Below are positions 49,864 to 60,115 of a stretch of 64,000 nt of DNA, piece after piece. Source of the stretch: an uncultured delta proteobacterium (lineage in GTDB: Bacteria > Desulfobacterota > Binatia > Binatales > Binataceae); the NCBI GenBank assembly GCA_963765675.1, contig CAVXXK010000006.1:416001-480000 (forward strand). Direction: 5' to 3'. The notes beneath the pieces are model-generated. The model was not told the DNA's origin. It did no database searches and saw nothing but the letters and a program-made list of their open reading frames with translations. Position numbers and translations under genes: made by a program. Each line of letters begins with the position of its first letter. Within the stretch, counting starts at the first letter, position 1.

Positions 49864-50043
49864 ATGACGATTGCTCGAAAGCTCAAATCCGAGCGCGGGG
49901 CTACGCAGGTCGGGTTCACTGATGCGTTAGTCGCCGCGATCCTGCTCGGCATCCTCCTGTTCGTCGCACATCTTCAGTTCGCGACTTATAACTCCGCGCA
50001 TACGGACGCAGCGACCTCCGTGCCGGCGACGGTGTCGCACTGA
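49864..50043 (+). CDS. Small pilin-like membrane protein (59 aa, below ORF-track cut-off)
   Basis: MTIARKLKSERG-ATQVGFTDALVAAILLGILLFVAHLQF...: basic leader ending ERG plus hydrophobic helix; GGAG RBS. Confidence 0.6.
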   Translation: MTIARKLKSERGATQVGFTDALVAAILLGILLFVAHLQFATYNSAHTDAATSVPATVSH

Positions 50044-50046
50044 TCC

Positions 50047-50955
50047 GTGGACCCTCCGGCGAGCGAACGGCTCGATCACTATCTCGTGCGTCTGGGCTTT
50101 GCGCCGTCGCGGCGCGCCGCGCGGGCGATCGTCGAGCGCGGGAACGTCCGAATCAACGGACGGCGATGCGTCAAGAGCGCGATCGTCGCGCCGAGCGATA
50201 CCGTCGAGGTGGCGGAGCTTCCCGCCGCGATTCCGATCACGCCGAATCCGGATCTGAAACTCGAAGTGCTTTACAGCGACGCGGCGATGCTCGTAGTCGC
50301 GAAGCCGGGCGGCGTCGCCTGTCATCCGCTCCGCCCCGGAGAATCCGAAACGGTGATGAACGCCGTCGTCGCGCGATTTCCCGAGTGCGCTACGCTTGGC
50401 GACAAGCCGCTCGAGGGCGGATTGGTGCATCGCCTCGACAACGGAACCTCGGGTGCGCTGATCGTTGCGCGGACGGCGGATGCGCTCACCGCACTGCGCG
50501 CGGCGATCAAATCGGGAGCGGTCGTGCGCCGCTACCAGGCGCTGGTTGCGGGTCGCCTCGACCACCCGCTCGATCTGGATCGCAGGATCGCGCACCATCC
50601 GAAGAATCCGCGCAAGATGATTATCGGCGATCCTGAGAGCCTCGATCGCAGGCGTCTCGGACGCGCGGCGGGCACGCACGCCGAGCCGCTACGTCGCGTC
50701 GGCGCCGGATGGACGCTGGTCGCGGTGACGCCGCGGACTGGCAGCCGCCACCAGATTCGCGTGCATCTGGCCGACGCGGGATTTCCAATCGTCGGCGACA
50801 CGCTGTACGGCGGACCCGAGGCGCCCGAGCTCGCGCGCGGCCGCTTCTGGCTGCATCTGTTGACGCTCGCGCTCGATTCTCCGGCGGCAGGACCGATCAG
50901 GGTGACAGCGCCGCTTGCGGCCGATCTGACGGCGCTGATTGGCGCGCGCGACTAA
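50047..50955 (+). CDS. RluA/RluD-family pseudouridine synthase with S4 domain
   Basis: RLDHYL S4 domain, KPGG...HP, VHRLDNGTSG, TGSRHQIRVH, PIVGD.LYG. Confidence 0.93.
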   Translation: MDPPASERLDHYLVRLGFAPSRRAARAIVERGNVRINGRRCVKSAIVAPSDTVEVAELPAAIPITPNPDLKLEVLYSDAAMLVVAKPGGVACHPLRPGESETVMNAVVARFPECATLGDKPLEGGLVHRLDNGTSGALIVARTADALTALRAAIKSGAVVRRYQALVAGRLDHPLDLDRRIAHHPKNPRKMIIGDPESLDRRRLGRAAGTHAEPLRRVGAGWTLVAVTPRTGSRHQIRVHLADAGFPIVGDTLYGGPEAPELARGRFWLHLLTLALDSPAAGPIRVTAPLAADLTALIGARD

Positions 50956-51004
50956 CCGCGCCCTTGCGCGTCTCGCCTACCGAATCACTGCGCGCAGAGT
51001 TCGC

Positions 51005-51583
51005 TCAGTTGCAGGCGCATCGCATGCACTGCGTTGGAGCCTGTTCCCGGAGATTATTCGCTATCGGCTGATCCGGGTACTGATTGCCAGTCTGCGTCGT
51101 AACCTGTCCCGGCGGAAACGAGTACAGTCCGCCGGGTGGCTGAGCGGGAGCAGGCGCGAAAGAGTTGGCGCTCGGAGGGTTGATGAAAGCCGATAGCGCA
51201 TGACCGTTGAGCTTGTACGATTGGCACTGCGCGCTCGCAGCCCGGCTCGCGAGGACGTAACTGCTCGAAGCGACAACGCCGGCCCACTGCGTGGAATATC
51301 CCGGCCCCGAGCAGGTGCATCGGAATGATCGGGGCGTGGCGGCGGCGGCTGCGGCGAGCACGTTGGTCGATCCGGGCGCAGGCGCGAGTTGCGGAATCGC
51401 GCCGATCGTCGATAGCGCCTGCGGCGCGCCCGGAGCCGGCGGCGGAGTCAGCGGAACCGGAGTGGCGGGACCACCGGTCACGACCTGACCAAACACGCGG
51501 GCAGAGTATCTTGACTCCGGTATCGCGAGAACAAAAATCTCAATGACGATGAGTGCCGCGATTGCAAACTTGAAAACGCGCAT
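51005..51583 (-). CDS. Exported Pro/Cys-rich hypothetical protein
   Basis: N-terminal hydrophobic segment, CTC...C and C-terminal CMRCACN. Confidence 0.65.
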   Translation of the reverse strand: MRVFKFAIAALIVIEIFVLAIPESRYSARVFGQVVTGGPATPVPLTPPPAPGAPQALSTIGAIPQLAPAPGSTNVLAAAAAATPRSFRCTCSGPGYSTQWAGVVASSSYVLASRAASAQCQSYKLNGHALSAFINPPSANSFAPAPAQPPGGLYSFPPGQVTTQTGNQYPDQPIANNLREQAPTQCMRCACN

Positions 51584-51794
51584 GTCGCCTCTCTACCGGG
51601 CCAGCCGCTATCGCGCGCATCGGCGCAAGACAAGGGCGGCGGCCTTGGCTATAATCGCGACCCAATTGGCGCGGTGCAAGCGCCGCGTGGCGAAGCCCGA
51701 AAGATTTTTGCGTTTCCCGTCCAGGCGAGCCGGTAATTTCGGCCGCGGGAATCACGATCCGATGACGTGCGACAAGTAAGGAGGTTCCGGCGAG

Positions 51795-53720
51795 ATGATG
51801 TGGAAGAAGTACGCCCTGCTGGCGCTGGTCACGATACCGCTGATGGTCGCGGGCGCCTCGCTGGGAATGGCGCAGGAGTCACTGAAGGTAACTGGTTCGT
51901 TACCGAAGACGCCGGTTGCGCCGCCCGCGACCGCTGGAACGATCCCGCTCAATGCGGCGCCACTGACCCAGCAGTCACCACCCGACGTCAATCTGCCCGA
52001 CAGCGCGACCGCGAAGTTCGAGCATCAGGACGGCGCGGTCGACTCGCTGCCTAGCATTCTTGCGCGTCAATGGTCGCTCACCCGCGAGGTTCCGCCCGAG
52101 AGCCTGATCAGCGAGCGCTACCTGCGCAGCCAGGACAACCAGGCCCGGATGATCACGCTGAAGGAAGCGATTTACGTGGCCCTGCGCAACAACCCCAGTA
52201 TCGCGGCCACCGCGCTCGATCCGCTCGCGTCGGTCGAGGCGATCAAGGAGGCCAACGGAACCTTCGATCCCGATCTGACGGCGCAAACCGACGTGATCAA
52301 GAGCGTGACGCCCACTACCTCGATTCTGCAGACCGGCGGAGCCGACGCTTTCACGACAAAGCTCTACGACTGGGATTTTGGCGTGAATAAGGTCTCGGCG
52401 CTGACCAACGGCACCTTCGGGGTTACCTTCGATAACGAGCGTGCGCTGTCTAACTCGGCCTTCGCGTCGATCAATCCGTCATATACGCCGAGCCTGACAC
52501 TTTCGGTTTCGCAGCCGCTCTTGCAGAACTTCGGATGGCGGTTTGCAACGATCAACGTGCGGATCGCGGAGTCCGGACAGAAGACCGCGCAGTGGAATTA
52601 CGAGCAGAGCCTGCAAGACTTCGTCCAGCGCATCGGGCAGGAATACTGGAACGTGGTACTGGCCGAGGAGAATCTCGAAGTTGCGCGAGCCGCGCTGCGC
52701 TTCAACCAGGATCTGGTGCGGCAGAACTCGATCTCGGTCAAAGTCGGAACTCTGGCCCCGCTCGACTTGCAGGAAGCGCAATCCGCTGCCGCGACCGCCG
52801 AGGCCAATGTCTATACCGCGGAAGCGAACCTCAAAACCTCGCGCGTGCAGCTTCGCCAGGACGTGATGCTCAATCCGGCCGAGATGTTTATTCCCGAGGA
52901 ACTTGAGCCTGCCACGCGGCCGAATCCAGAGGAGCAGATTTCCGAGAACGAGGAGCACGCGCTCGAAATGGCGGTCGAGTACCTGCCGTCGCTGGCGTCG
53001 ATGCGCGAATCGATTCGCAGCGCGCTGCTGCAGGTCAAATTCGCCGAGAATCAGACGCTGCCACAGCTCAACCTAGGAGCGCAGTTTGGAATAACCTCCA
53101 CCGCCGGAACCAGCAAGTGCCAGGAGAGTCTGAGCGGAAGCGTCAAAACCGGAAACTGCAACACCCTGGTCCCCAATCCTCTGCCTCCGCCCAAGGACAT
53201 CGCAGGCGAGAAGCTTCCGTTCGGCGGCATATACGGCAGCGCGCTCAATCGGTTGTGGAACTTCGGCTTCTACAATTACGCGGCAGTCCTTTCCTTCCAG
53301 ATGCCGCTAGATAACGCCACTGCGCGAGCTGCGTTGTCGCAGGCGCGTATCCAGTACGAGCAGTCGCGGCTGACGTATCGCTCGTCGCTGTCGCAGGCGG
53401 TGGTGAATGTGGAGTCGGCGATCGCGAACCTGTTCGCCGATCAGCAACGTGCGCAGGCAACCGCGTCGGCCACCTACTACGCGCGCCAGGCACTGCATGA
53501 CGAGGAAGTGCGCTTCCGGGTCGGGATGGCGACGACGCACGACCTGCTGCAATTCCAGGAAGAGGAAGTCAGCGCCGAGGGTAACGAAGTTCAGGCCGAA
53601 GTTGACCTGGAGAATGCCAAGCTCGCGCTGCGCCACGCGGAGGGAACGATCCTCCAGGAATTTGACATAAGCTTCGAGCTCCAGGATCCGCACCAGACGC
53701 CGTGGTACGCGACGTTCTAG
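51795..53720 (+). CDS. TolC-family outer membrane protein
   Basis: Signal peptide, ITLKEAI..AL.NN, QPLLQNFG, two OEP-like helical repeats, RFRVGMATTHDLL. Confidence 0.9.
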   Translation: MMWKKYALLALVTIPLMVAGASLGMAQESLKVTGSLPKTPVAPPATAGTIPLNAAPLTQQSPPDVNLPDSATAKFEHQDGAVDSLPSILARQWSLTREVPPESLISERYLRSQDNQARMITLKEAIYVALRNNPSIAATALDPLASVEAIKEANGTFDPDLTAQTDVIKSVTPTTSILQTGGADAFTTKLYDWDFGVNKVSALTNGTFGVTFDNERALSNSAFASINPSYTPSLTLSVSQPLLQNFGWRFATINVRIAESGQKTAQWNYEQSLQDFVQRIGQEYWNVVLAEENLEVARAALRFNQDLVRQNSISVKVGTLAPLDLQEAQSAAATAEANVYTAEANLKTSRVQLRQDVMLNPAEMFIPEELEPATRPNPEEQISENEEHALEMAVEYLPSLASMRESIRSALLQVKFAENQTLPQLNLGAQFGITSTAGTSKCQESLSGSVKTGNCNTLVPNPLPPPKDIAGEKLPFGGIYGSALNRLWNFGFYNYAAVLSFQMPLDNATARAALSQARIQYEQSRLTYRSSLSQAVVNVESAIANLFADQQRAQATASATYYARQALHDEEVRFRVGMATTHDLLQFQEEEVSAEGNEVQAEVDLENAKLALRHAEGTILQEFDISFELQDPHQTPWYATF

Positions 53721-53746
53721 GTAATCACTCTATCCTGCGGGAAACC

Positions 53747-53789
53747 AAAACAGCGCCGGATCGCAGATGCGGTCCGGCGCTGTGCTTTT
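53747..53789. terminator. Bidirectional terminator between convergent genes
   Basis: ACAGCGCCGGATCGCA/TGCGGTCCGGCGCTGT stem with A-run before and T-run after. Confidence 0.7.
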
Positions 53790-53818
53790 ACGCGAATCGT
53801 GCGTCGAGCGCGCAATCG

Positions 53819-54232
53819 TCAGGCGCGGCCGTCCATGCAGACCTTGCGGCTTTGGTAGCGCCAGCGTCCGTCGACGCGGCGGAGCTTGTCGCGATAGTTT
53901 GCGACCGTGCTTTGCTGGACGCGCCCTTCTTTGCAGTGCGAATAGAGCAGGTAGCAACTGGCGTCGGCGTCATCGCCGTCGATCGTGAAAAGCAGATTGG
54001 TGATCACGTGGCGCGCCTGCGCGCCGCCCAGGCTATCGCGATAAACCCGGGTGAACTTCTCGAGTCCTGCGCGGCCCTCATGCTTTCCGAACCGCGTGCT
54101 CTCGAACGAGCCGTCGTCGGTAAACAGATCGAGCCATTCGCTGTAGCGATGATTATCCAGCGTGTCGGCGTAACGCGCGTACAGATCACGAATCTCTTCG
54201 CGGTCTTCGATCGTTCCACTAAAATTCGCCAT
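53819..54232 (-). CDS. SnoaL-like/NTF2-family protein
   Basis: DREEIRDLYARY...D, LFTDDG, RHVITN, YRD.L.RVDG.W. Confidence 0.88.
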   Translation of the reverse strand: MANFSGTIEDREEIRDLYARYADTLDNHRYSEWLDLFTDDGSFESTRFGKHEGRAGLEKFTRVYRDSLGGAQARHVITNLLFTIDGDDADASCYLLYSHCKEGRVQQSTVANYRDKLRRVDGRWRYQSRKVCMDGRA

Positions 54233-54260
54233 AATTCTGACCTCTCGCTCGCGCCGGCGC

Positions 54261-55475
54261 TCAGATGACGTTCGCGTCGCGCAGCCGTGCGATATCGTCC
54301 CACGAGTAACCGAGCATACCGGTCATGATCGTTTCCGTATGCTCGCCGAGCTCCGGTGCATGTCCCCGCGGGTCGCCCGGCGTTTCCGAAAGCTTCACCG
54401 GCATCCCGAGCAGGCGCGTGGCTCCGAGCTCCGGATGCTCATAATCAACGACATAGCCATTGGCTTTGACCTGCGGATCCTCCGGCAGATCGGAGACCGA
54501 ATTCACGACCGTGTAGATAAAATCTCCGCCGGCCTTGAGCGCGCGCATCCATTCATCGCGCGTGCGGGTGGCGAAAATTTCGTCGAAGATTTTTATTACT
54601 TCGGCGGCATTGTGCCCCCGCTTGCGCATCTCAGCGAACCGCGGATCAGTGATCAAATCGGCGCGGCCGAGCGTGGTGCAGAAATCTTTCCAATAGCGAT
54701 CCGGCTGGAGCATCCCAAGGCACAGCCACTTGTCGTCGGCGCATCGATAGTGATTCCAGAGCGGATTGAACGCATTCGCGCGCGTGTTGCGGTTGAACTC
54801 CTTGCCATGAATCGTGCGTGAGGCGACGTTCAGACCCTGCAGCGTCATCATCGAGCCAAGATGCGACGCGTCAACCTCCTGCCCTACTCCGTAGCGCTCG
54901 CGCGCGACCAGCGCCGCCAGGATTCCGTACGCCAGCATCACCGCGCCCATCTGATCGGCGATTCCACCGAAAATGTAGTTGGGGGGGCTGCCGTCAACAC
55001 CGGTCGCGTTCATAATTCCCGAGCGCGCCTGCCCAAGATAATCGAACGAGGGTTCGCCGCTGTCGGGACCCTCCGGCCCATAGCCCGACGCGCTCGCGTA
55101 GATCAGCCGATCGTTATGCGCGCGCATCGCCGGATAGCCGAGCCCGAGCCGCGCGGCAACGCCCTTGCGGAAGTTCTGCACAAACACGTCACTCTTCGCT
55201 GCCAGCCGGTAGACGATCTCGCGCGCCTCGGGCCGCTTCAGGTCCAACGCGATACTCTGCTTGTGCTTGTTGTTGGCTTCGAAATAAAAGTTGCGCCCGG
55301 ACTTGCCGGTCGAAGCGCCCGCCACCGCGACGATCCCGCGACCGGGGTCGCCCTTGTCGCGCTCTTCGATCTTGATCACTTCCGCGCCCAGGTCGGCCAG
55401 CATCTGCGTCGCGACCGGTCCCTGCTGCCAGATCGTCCAATCAATAATTCTAATGCCGGTAAGCGGTCCCTTCAT
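54261..55475 (-). CDS. CoA-transferase family III (CaiB/BaiF)
   Basis: PLTGIRIID, LADLGAEVIKIE, DVFVQNFR, SGYG, AP.LGEHT. Confidence 0.93.
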   Translation of the reverse strand: MKGPLTGIRIIDWTIWQQGPVATQMLADLGAEVIKIEERDKGDPGRGIVAVAGASTGKSGRNFYFEANNKHKQSIALDLKRPEAREIVYRLAAKSDVFVQNFRKGVAARLGLGYPAMRAHNDRLIYASASGYGPEGPDSGEPSFDYLGQARSGIMNATGVDGSPPNYIFGGIADQMGAVMLAYGILAALVARERYGVGQEVDASHLGSMMTLQGLNVASRTIHGKEFNRNTRANAFNPLWNHYRCADDKWLCLGMLQPDRYWKDFCTTLGRADLITDPRFAEMRKRGHNAAEVIKIFDEIFATRTRDEWMRALKAGGDFIYTVVNSVSDLPEDPQVKANGYVVDYEHPELGATRLLGMPVKLSETPGDPRGHAPELGEHTETIMTGMLGYSWDDIARLRDANVI

Positions 55476-55558
55476 GCGTCTCTCTATACCACAATAGGGC
55501 AAAATCCCGAGACAGGTCTCGCTTGTTTTTCGCGCGTCCCGGATTCAACTATTGACCG

Positions 55559-56293
55559 ATGGGCGCGCTCACGGAACTGGTCGATTTCCTGTACCCGCCC
55601 CGTTGCGCCGCGTGCGGCGCGCGCTTCGCGGCGGGCGCGCAGCGCCGCGTCTGCGATGAATGCCTGGCGCGCAAGGAACTCCTGCCCGGCCCGCTCTGCG
55701 CCGTGTGCGGCGGTCCGGTCGAGTCCGCGGCAAGTGGCGCGACGCAATGCGCCCGATGTATCGCGGACCCTCCGCACTTTCGCCACGCAAGCGCGATCGC
55801 GCGTTATCGTGCGAGCGCTGAAGACGATCCGCGCTCGCTGCCCGCGATGCTTCGCCGGCACAAGTACGGCCTCGACCAGGCAGCGGGTCGCGCGCTCGCG
55901 GAATATCTGGTCACAGACCTGCGGATCGATGCGGGCGCGATCGATCTGATCGTGCCGGTTCCGCTTCATCGGCGCCGGCTATGGTGGCGCGGCTTCAACC
56001 AGGCAGCGATTCTGGCCGAGGAAATCTCGCGGCGGCTCAAAGTTCCGCTCGACGCGACCGCGATCGTGCGCCACCGGGCGACCGCGGCGCAGACTTCCCG
56101 CGATCATGACGCGCGGCGGCGCAACGTGCGGCGAGCATTCGCGGTCGCACGGCCCGCGCGGGTCGCGAAACGTGCGGTCCTGCTGGTGGACGACGTGATG
56201 ACCACCGGCGCGACCGTGGACGAATGCGCCCGCGTCCTGCTCGAGGCGGGTGCGCGCAGCGTTGACGTGTTCACGCTCGCACGCGTGCTGTGA
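55559..56293 (+). CDS. comF: ComF family protein (zinc ribbon + PRTase-like)
   Basis: CxxC pairs, VPVPLH, RGFNQ, LLVDDVMTTGAT. Confidence 0.92.
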   Translation: MGALTELVDFLYPPRCAACGARFAAGAQRRVCDECLARKELLPGPLCAVCGGPVESAASGATQCARCIADPPHFRHASAIARYRASAEDDPRSLPAMLRRHKYGLDQAAGRALAEYLVTDLRIDAGAIDLIVPVPLHRRRLWWRGFNQAAILAEEISRRLKVPLDATAIVRHRATAAQTSRDHDARRRNVRRAFAVARPARVAKRAVLLVDDVMTTGATVDECARVLLEAGARSVDVFTLARVL

Positions 56294-56390
56294 ATATCGC
56301 GACGCGCCGCGGATGGCACGCCACGCGCAAGATGGATAGGTTTCTGGTATCGCGGCAGTCGAGTGGCGATCACCTGGAGATGGGCGGCAG

Positions 56391-57440
56391 ATGGCTAAGC
56401 GGATGACCTATAAATCGGCCGGCGTCGATATCGAGCTGAAACAGGCGCTGGTGCCGATGTTCCGCGCGATCGCGCGGCCTACTTCCGCCGGGCGCTCGGG
56501 CGCTCACGTGATCGGCGATATCGGCGGGTTTGGCGCGATGGTGGCGCTCAACGGAGCGCGCAAGATGCGCAACCCGATCCTGGTTTCCGGCACCGACAGC
56601 GTCGGCACCAAGCTCAAGATCGCATTCGCAACCGGACGCCACGACACCGTAGGGATCGATTGCGTCGCGATGTGCGTAAACGACATCATCTGCCACGCCG
56701 CGCGGCCGATGTTCTTCCTCGATTACATCGGGATTGGAAAACTCAAAAAAGAGACCGCGCTCGAAATCGTCAAAGGCGTCGCGCGCGGATGCGAGCTTGC
56801 GGGTGCGAGCCTGGTTGGCGGCGAAACTTGCCAGGCGGGCGATCTCTACAAACCCGGCGAATACGACCTCGCGGGCTTCGCGGTCGGAATCGTCGAGCGC
56901 GCATCGATTCCCGATCCGCGCAAGATCCGCGCGGGCGACGCGGTGATCGCGATCGCGTCCAATGGGATGCATTCCAACGGATTCTCATTGGCGCGGATGG
57001 TGCTGCTCGAGCGCGGTAAGCTCCGGCTTGGCGCGAGAATCACCGAGCTCGGATGCACGCTCGGCGAAGAGCTGCTCCGCCCGACGCTCATATACGCGCG
57101 CGCAGTGGGTGAATTGTTCGATCACTTCCGGATAAAGGGGCTTGCGAATATAACTGGCGGCGGCGTGATTGAGAATCTGCCGCGCGTGATGCCGGATGGC
57201 GTCTCAGCGGTCCTCGAACGCGGCGCATGGCCGGTGCCGCCAATCTTCGACCTGATTCAGCGCACGGGAAAGATCACGCAGCGCGAGATGGATCGGACTT
57301 TCAACAACGGAATCGGGATGGCGGCGATCGTCGCCGCGTCAGACGCCGACGCCGTGATCGCGTCGTTGCGCCGCCACAAGCACGATGCATACGTCGCGGG
57401 CGAGATTCGCCGTGGCACGCGCGAGGTCTCGTTTGCCTGA
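56391..57440 (+). CDS. purM: Phosphoribosylformylglycinamidine cyclo-ligase
   Basis: YKSAGVDI, GTDSVGTK, DCVAMCVND, GGET, HSNGFSL, TFNNGIG. Confidence 0.96.
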   Translation: MAKRMTYKSAGVDIELKQALVPMFRAIARPTSAGRSGAHVIGDIGGFGAMVALNGARKMRNPILVSGTDSVGTKLKIAFATGRHDTVGIDCVAMCVNDIICHAARPMFFLDYIGIGKLKKETALEIVKGVARGCELAGASLVGGETCQAGDLYKPGEYDLAGFAVGIVERASIPDPRKIRAGDAVIAIASNGMHSNGFSLARMVLLERGKLRLGARITELGCTLGEELLRPTLIYARAVGELFDHFRIKGLANITGGGVIENLPRVMPDGVSAVLERGAWPVPPIFDLIQRTGKITQREMDRTFNNGIGMAAIVAASDADAVIASLRRHKHDAYVAGEIRRGTREVSFA

Positions 57441-58119
57441 CGCCCAGCGCATCGTCTCTCGCGAACCCGTGAAGCTGGGCATCGTGATTTCGGGCGCGGG
57501 AACCAACCTGCAGGCGATTATCGACGCGATCGCGAGCGGCGCTCTGCGCGCGGAAATCCGTATCGTGCTCTCGAACCGTGCGGCTGCCGCAGGCCTCGAG
57601 CGTGCGCGCAAGGCCGGTATCGCGGCGCATGTGATCGACCATCGCAAGTTCTCCACGCGGGAGGATTTCGATAGAGCAGTCCTCGCCCTGATGCGCGAGC
57701 ACTCGGTCGAGCTGGTCGTATGCGCCGGCTTCATGCGCCTGTTCTCTTCGGTGATGCTCGAAGCGTTTCCGAACCGCATCCTCAATACTCACAACGCGCT
57801 CCTGCCGTCGTTCCCCGGAATCCACGGACCGCGCGACGCGATCGAGTATGGTGTGAAGATCGCGGGATGCACCGTCTTTTTCGTGACCGACGGCACCGAC
57901 ACCGGCCCGGTCATAATTCAGGCGGCAGTACCTGTCGAGCCCACCGACGACGAAGAGCGCCTGGCCGAGCGCATCAAGGCCGCGGAGCATCGTATCCTGC
58001 CCGAGGCGATTCGCCTCTATCAGGAAGGCAGGCTCGAAGTATCGGGCCGCAAGGTGATCATTCGCGGCCACGCCGCGACGCCTCCGGACGCGACCCTGAT
58101 TGTTCCGCCCATCAAGTGA
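57433..58119 (+). CDS. purN: Phosphoribosylglycinamide formyltransferase
   Basis: ISGAGTNLQA, AGFMR, LNTHNALLPSFPG, GCTV, DTGPVI, EH. Start is TTG 57433 or GTG 57469. Confidence 0.95.
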   Translation: MPDAQRIVSREPVKLGIVISGAGTNLQAIIDAIASGALRAEIRIVLSNRAAAAGLERARKAGIAAHVIDHRKFSTREDFDRAVLALMREHSVELVVCAGFMRLFSSVMLEAFPNRILNTHNALLPSFPGIHGPRDAIEYGVKIAGCTVFFVTDGTDTGPVIIQAAVPVEPTDDEERLAERIKAAEHRILPEAIRLYQEGRLEVSGRKVIIRGHAATPPDATLIVPPIK

Positions 58120-58184
58120 CGTTGGTTGCGGTCTGGACTGCGCGTTTGATCCCTATAAGAATATGCACAGGAAGGAATGTCGCC

Positions 58185-58439
58185 GTGGCAAAAGTTGAAA
58201 TCTACACTACCAGTTCTTGCCCCTTCTGTGTTCGAGCCAAGAGTCTGCTCAAGAGCAAGGGCGTTCCGTACACTGAGATCGACGTGACCGACGACGATGC
58301 GATGCGCGAGAAGATGGTCGAGTTGTCGGGCGGGCGCCGCACGGTTCCCGAAATTTTCGTAAACGGCGCGATCGTAGGCGGCTACGACGAGCTCCGCGCC
58401 CTGAACGATCGAGGCGAGCTGGACAAGCTCCTCGCCTAA
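58185..58439 (+). CDS. grxC: Glutaredoxin 3
   Basis: VEIYT..CPFC, RTVPEIF, GGYDEL. Confidence 0.94.
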   Translation: MAKVEIYTTSSCPFCVRAKSLLKSKGVPYTEIDVTDDDAMREKMVELSGGRRTVPEIFVNGAIVGGYDELRALNDRGELDKLLA

Positions 58440-58502
58440 CCCGCCTGATTCTTCGCCCCCTGCCTCATTCCTCGCGCTGAAAGAGAGCCATCGGAAGAAG
58501 TC

Positions 58503-58544
58503 AAAAATAAAACGGGCGGCTTCGGATGCCTCCGAGACCGCCCG
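58503..58544 (-). terminator. Intrinsic terminator
   Basis: CGGGCGG...CCGCCCG stem with a T-rich tail on the - strand. Confidence 0.65.
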
Positions 58545-58569
58545 CTGATTTGCGCTGCTCGAATTCTGA

Positions 58570-59013
58570 TCAGTCTCCGCTGGGCGAGGCCACCAAGCCT
58601 TCGTTCATGTGGTGTAGCGCTTCGCGATCTTGCGTCGAGTCGTAGGCTATCGCCTGCGCCGTGACTGTGACCTGCGAGCCGTCGGCGGAGACGTTGCTGT
58701 CCTCTTTGATGATCGCGTCGATCGTGTCAGGCCACTTGGTGTACGCAATCTTCTTGAGCTTTTCTTTCATCTCGGCCGCGTCGATTGCGTCGGGCGTGAA
58801 CGGCACCGTGTATGAAATTGGACCGAGCACCGTATAGGGCTTTCCCGGAGGCGCGTCGCCTGTAGTCACCCAGATGTGCGCATAGTCGACGCGCGTAACA
58901 AACGCCTGTTTTTTTGCTTCTTCGGCCTGGCGCTGTGCCTCGACAACGCCGCAAGCCGACAGCGTGAGGGCAAGTCCAATTAACGCCAATTTCGAAAGAG
59001 TGGATGAACGCAT
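58570..59013 (-). CDS. Putative lipoprotein
   Basis: LSAC lipobox; typical codon usage. Confidence 0.75.
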   Translation of the reverse strand: MRSSTLSKLALIGLALTLSACGVVEAQRQAEEAKKQAFVTRVDYAHIWVTTGDAPPGKPYTVLGPISYTVPFTPDAIDAAEMKEKLKKIAYTKWPDTIDAIIKEDSNVSADGSQVTVTAQAIAYDSTQDREALHHMNEGLVASPSGD

Positions 59014-59234
59014 CGTATGATCCCCGTGTATTTCCCGTTATGTCCCCATCAGCCGGAATAATTTCATTATAATGCGATCCGCCCCGCTTTTGTACAGTCT
59101 GTCGAGCGGGTCGTGGACACGAATAGCTTTATTCCACTTAGCAGGGCCGGTCTGCAAACCCGCGCGCCGCTGTCCGAAAAAAACAGCGCCTAACCCTCCT
59201 TTGGGAATCGGGCCGGCGCGGCTATGATGCGCGC

Positions 59235-60071
59235 GTGACCAAATTCGCCGCCTGTTTCCTCCTCGTGTTCGGCGAGCTCGCTTTTGGCGGGATGTTCGCG
59301 CTCGCGATACCACCCTTCTTCAAAATCGAGCGCGGATTTTACAAATCCAGCGGCGGAGTTTACTTGGGCTCGGGACTCGTGACGGGAATCGGTCTTGCGA
59401 TGCTGGCCTCGCGCGGGGCTCATCATCCGGGGCAGCCCGCAGTGATCGCGATGTGGATCGCCGCGGCGCTATGGTTCAGCTTCTCGATCGCGGGCGCCCT
59501 GTATGTCGCGAGCTTGTGGACTGATCTGGGGCAGCTTCGCGCCCGCGCGTACACTGCCACGCTCGTGATTGGGCTGGTCGCCGTGATCGCGACCGTGATG
59601 CTCCTGAAGCCGGCGGACTTCGGCGCGATCGCGGCCGTCACCTACGCCATCACGGCAATCACTTCTTCGCTGATGCTGGGACTGGTCAGCGCGGGAATGA
59701 TGTTCGGGCATTGGTATCTGATCGATCCGAATCTGCCGGTCGAATATCTGAGCTCGATCGTGCGAATGCTCGCAATCGCCCTGTGGGCTGACCTGGCCGC
59801 GCTGCTCCTCGCGCTAGGAGCTCTCGCGGTGGCGGGAGGCGCGCCCCAAGCCGCGGTCGCATCGTTGATCGAATCTCACACTATGCTGCTCGTCGCTCGG
59901 ATCGTCCTCGGACCGGTCGCGACGCTAATCCTCACCTGGATGACCTGGCAGACGCTCAAGGTGCCGCAGACGATGGCGGCGACGGGGTTGCTGTATATCG
60001 CGGTGATGGCGGCGATAGTCGGCGAGATGCTCGGCCGGTTCATCCTGTTCCGCACGGCAGTGCCGCTGTAA
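59235..60071 (+). CDS. Multi-pass membrane hypothetical protein
   Basis: About 8 hydrophobic helices; GHWYL and MAATGLLY motifs. Confidence 0.8.
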   Translation: MTKFAACFLLVFGELAFGGMFALAIPPFFKIERGFYKSSGGVYLGSGLVTGIGLAMLASRGAHHPGQPAVIAMWIAAALWFSFSIAGALYVASLWTDLGQLRARAYTATLVIGLVAVIATVMLLKPADFGAIAAVTYAITAITSSLMLGLVSAGMMFGHWYLIDPNLPVEYLSSIVRMLAIALWADLAALLLALGALAVAGGAPQAAVASLIESHTMLLVARIVLGPVATLILTWMTWQTLKVPQTMAATGLLYIAVMAAIVGEMLGRFILFRTAVPL

Positions 60072-60115
60072 AGGCGCTTTTCCTGCGCGAGCGCGGATGC
60101 TTTACTCGATAGACG

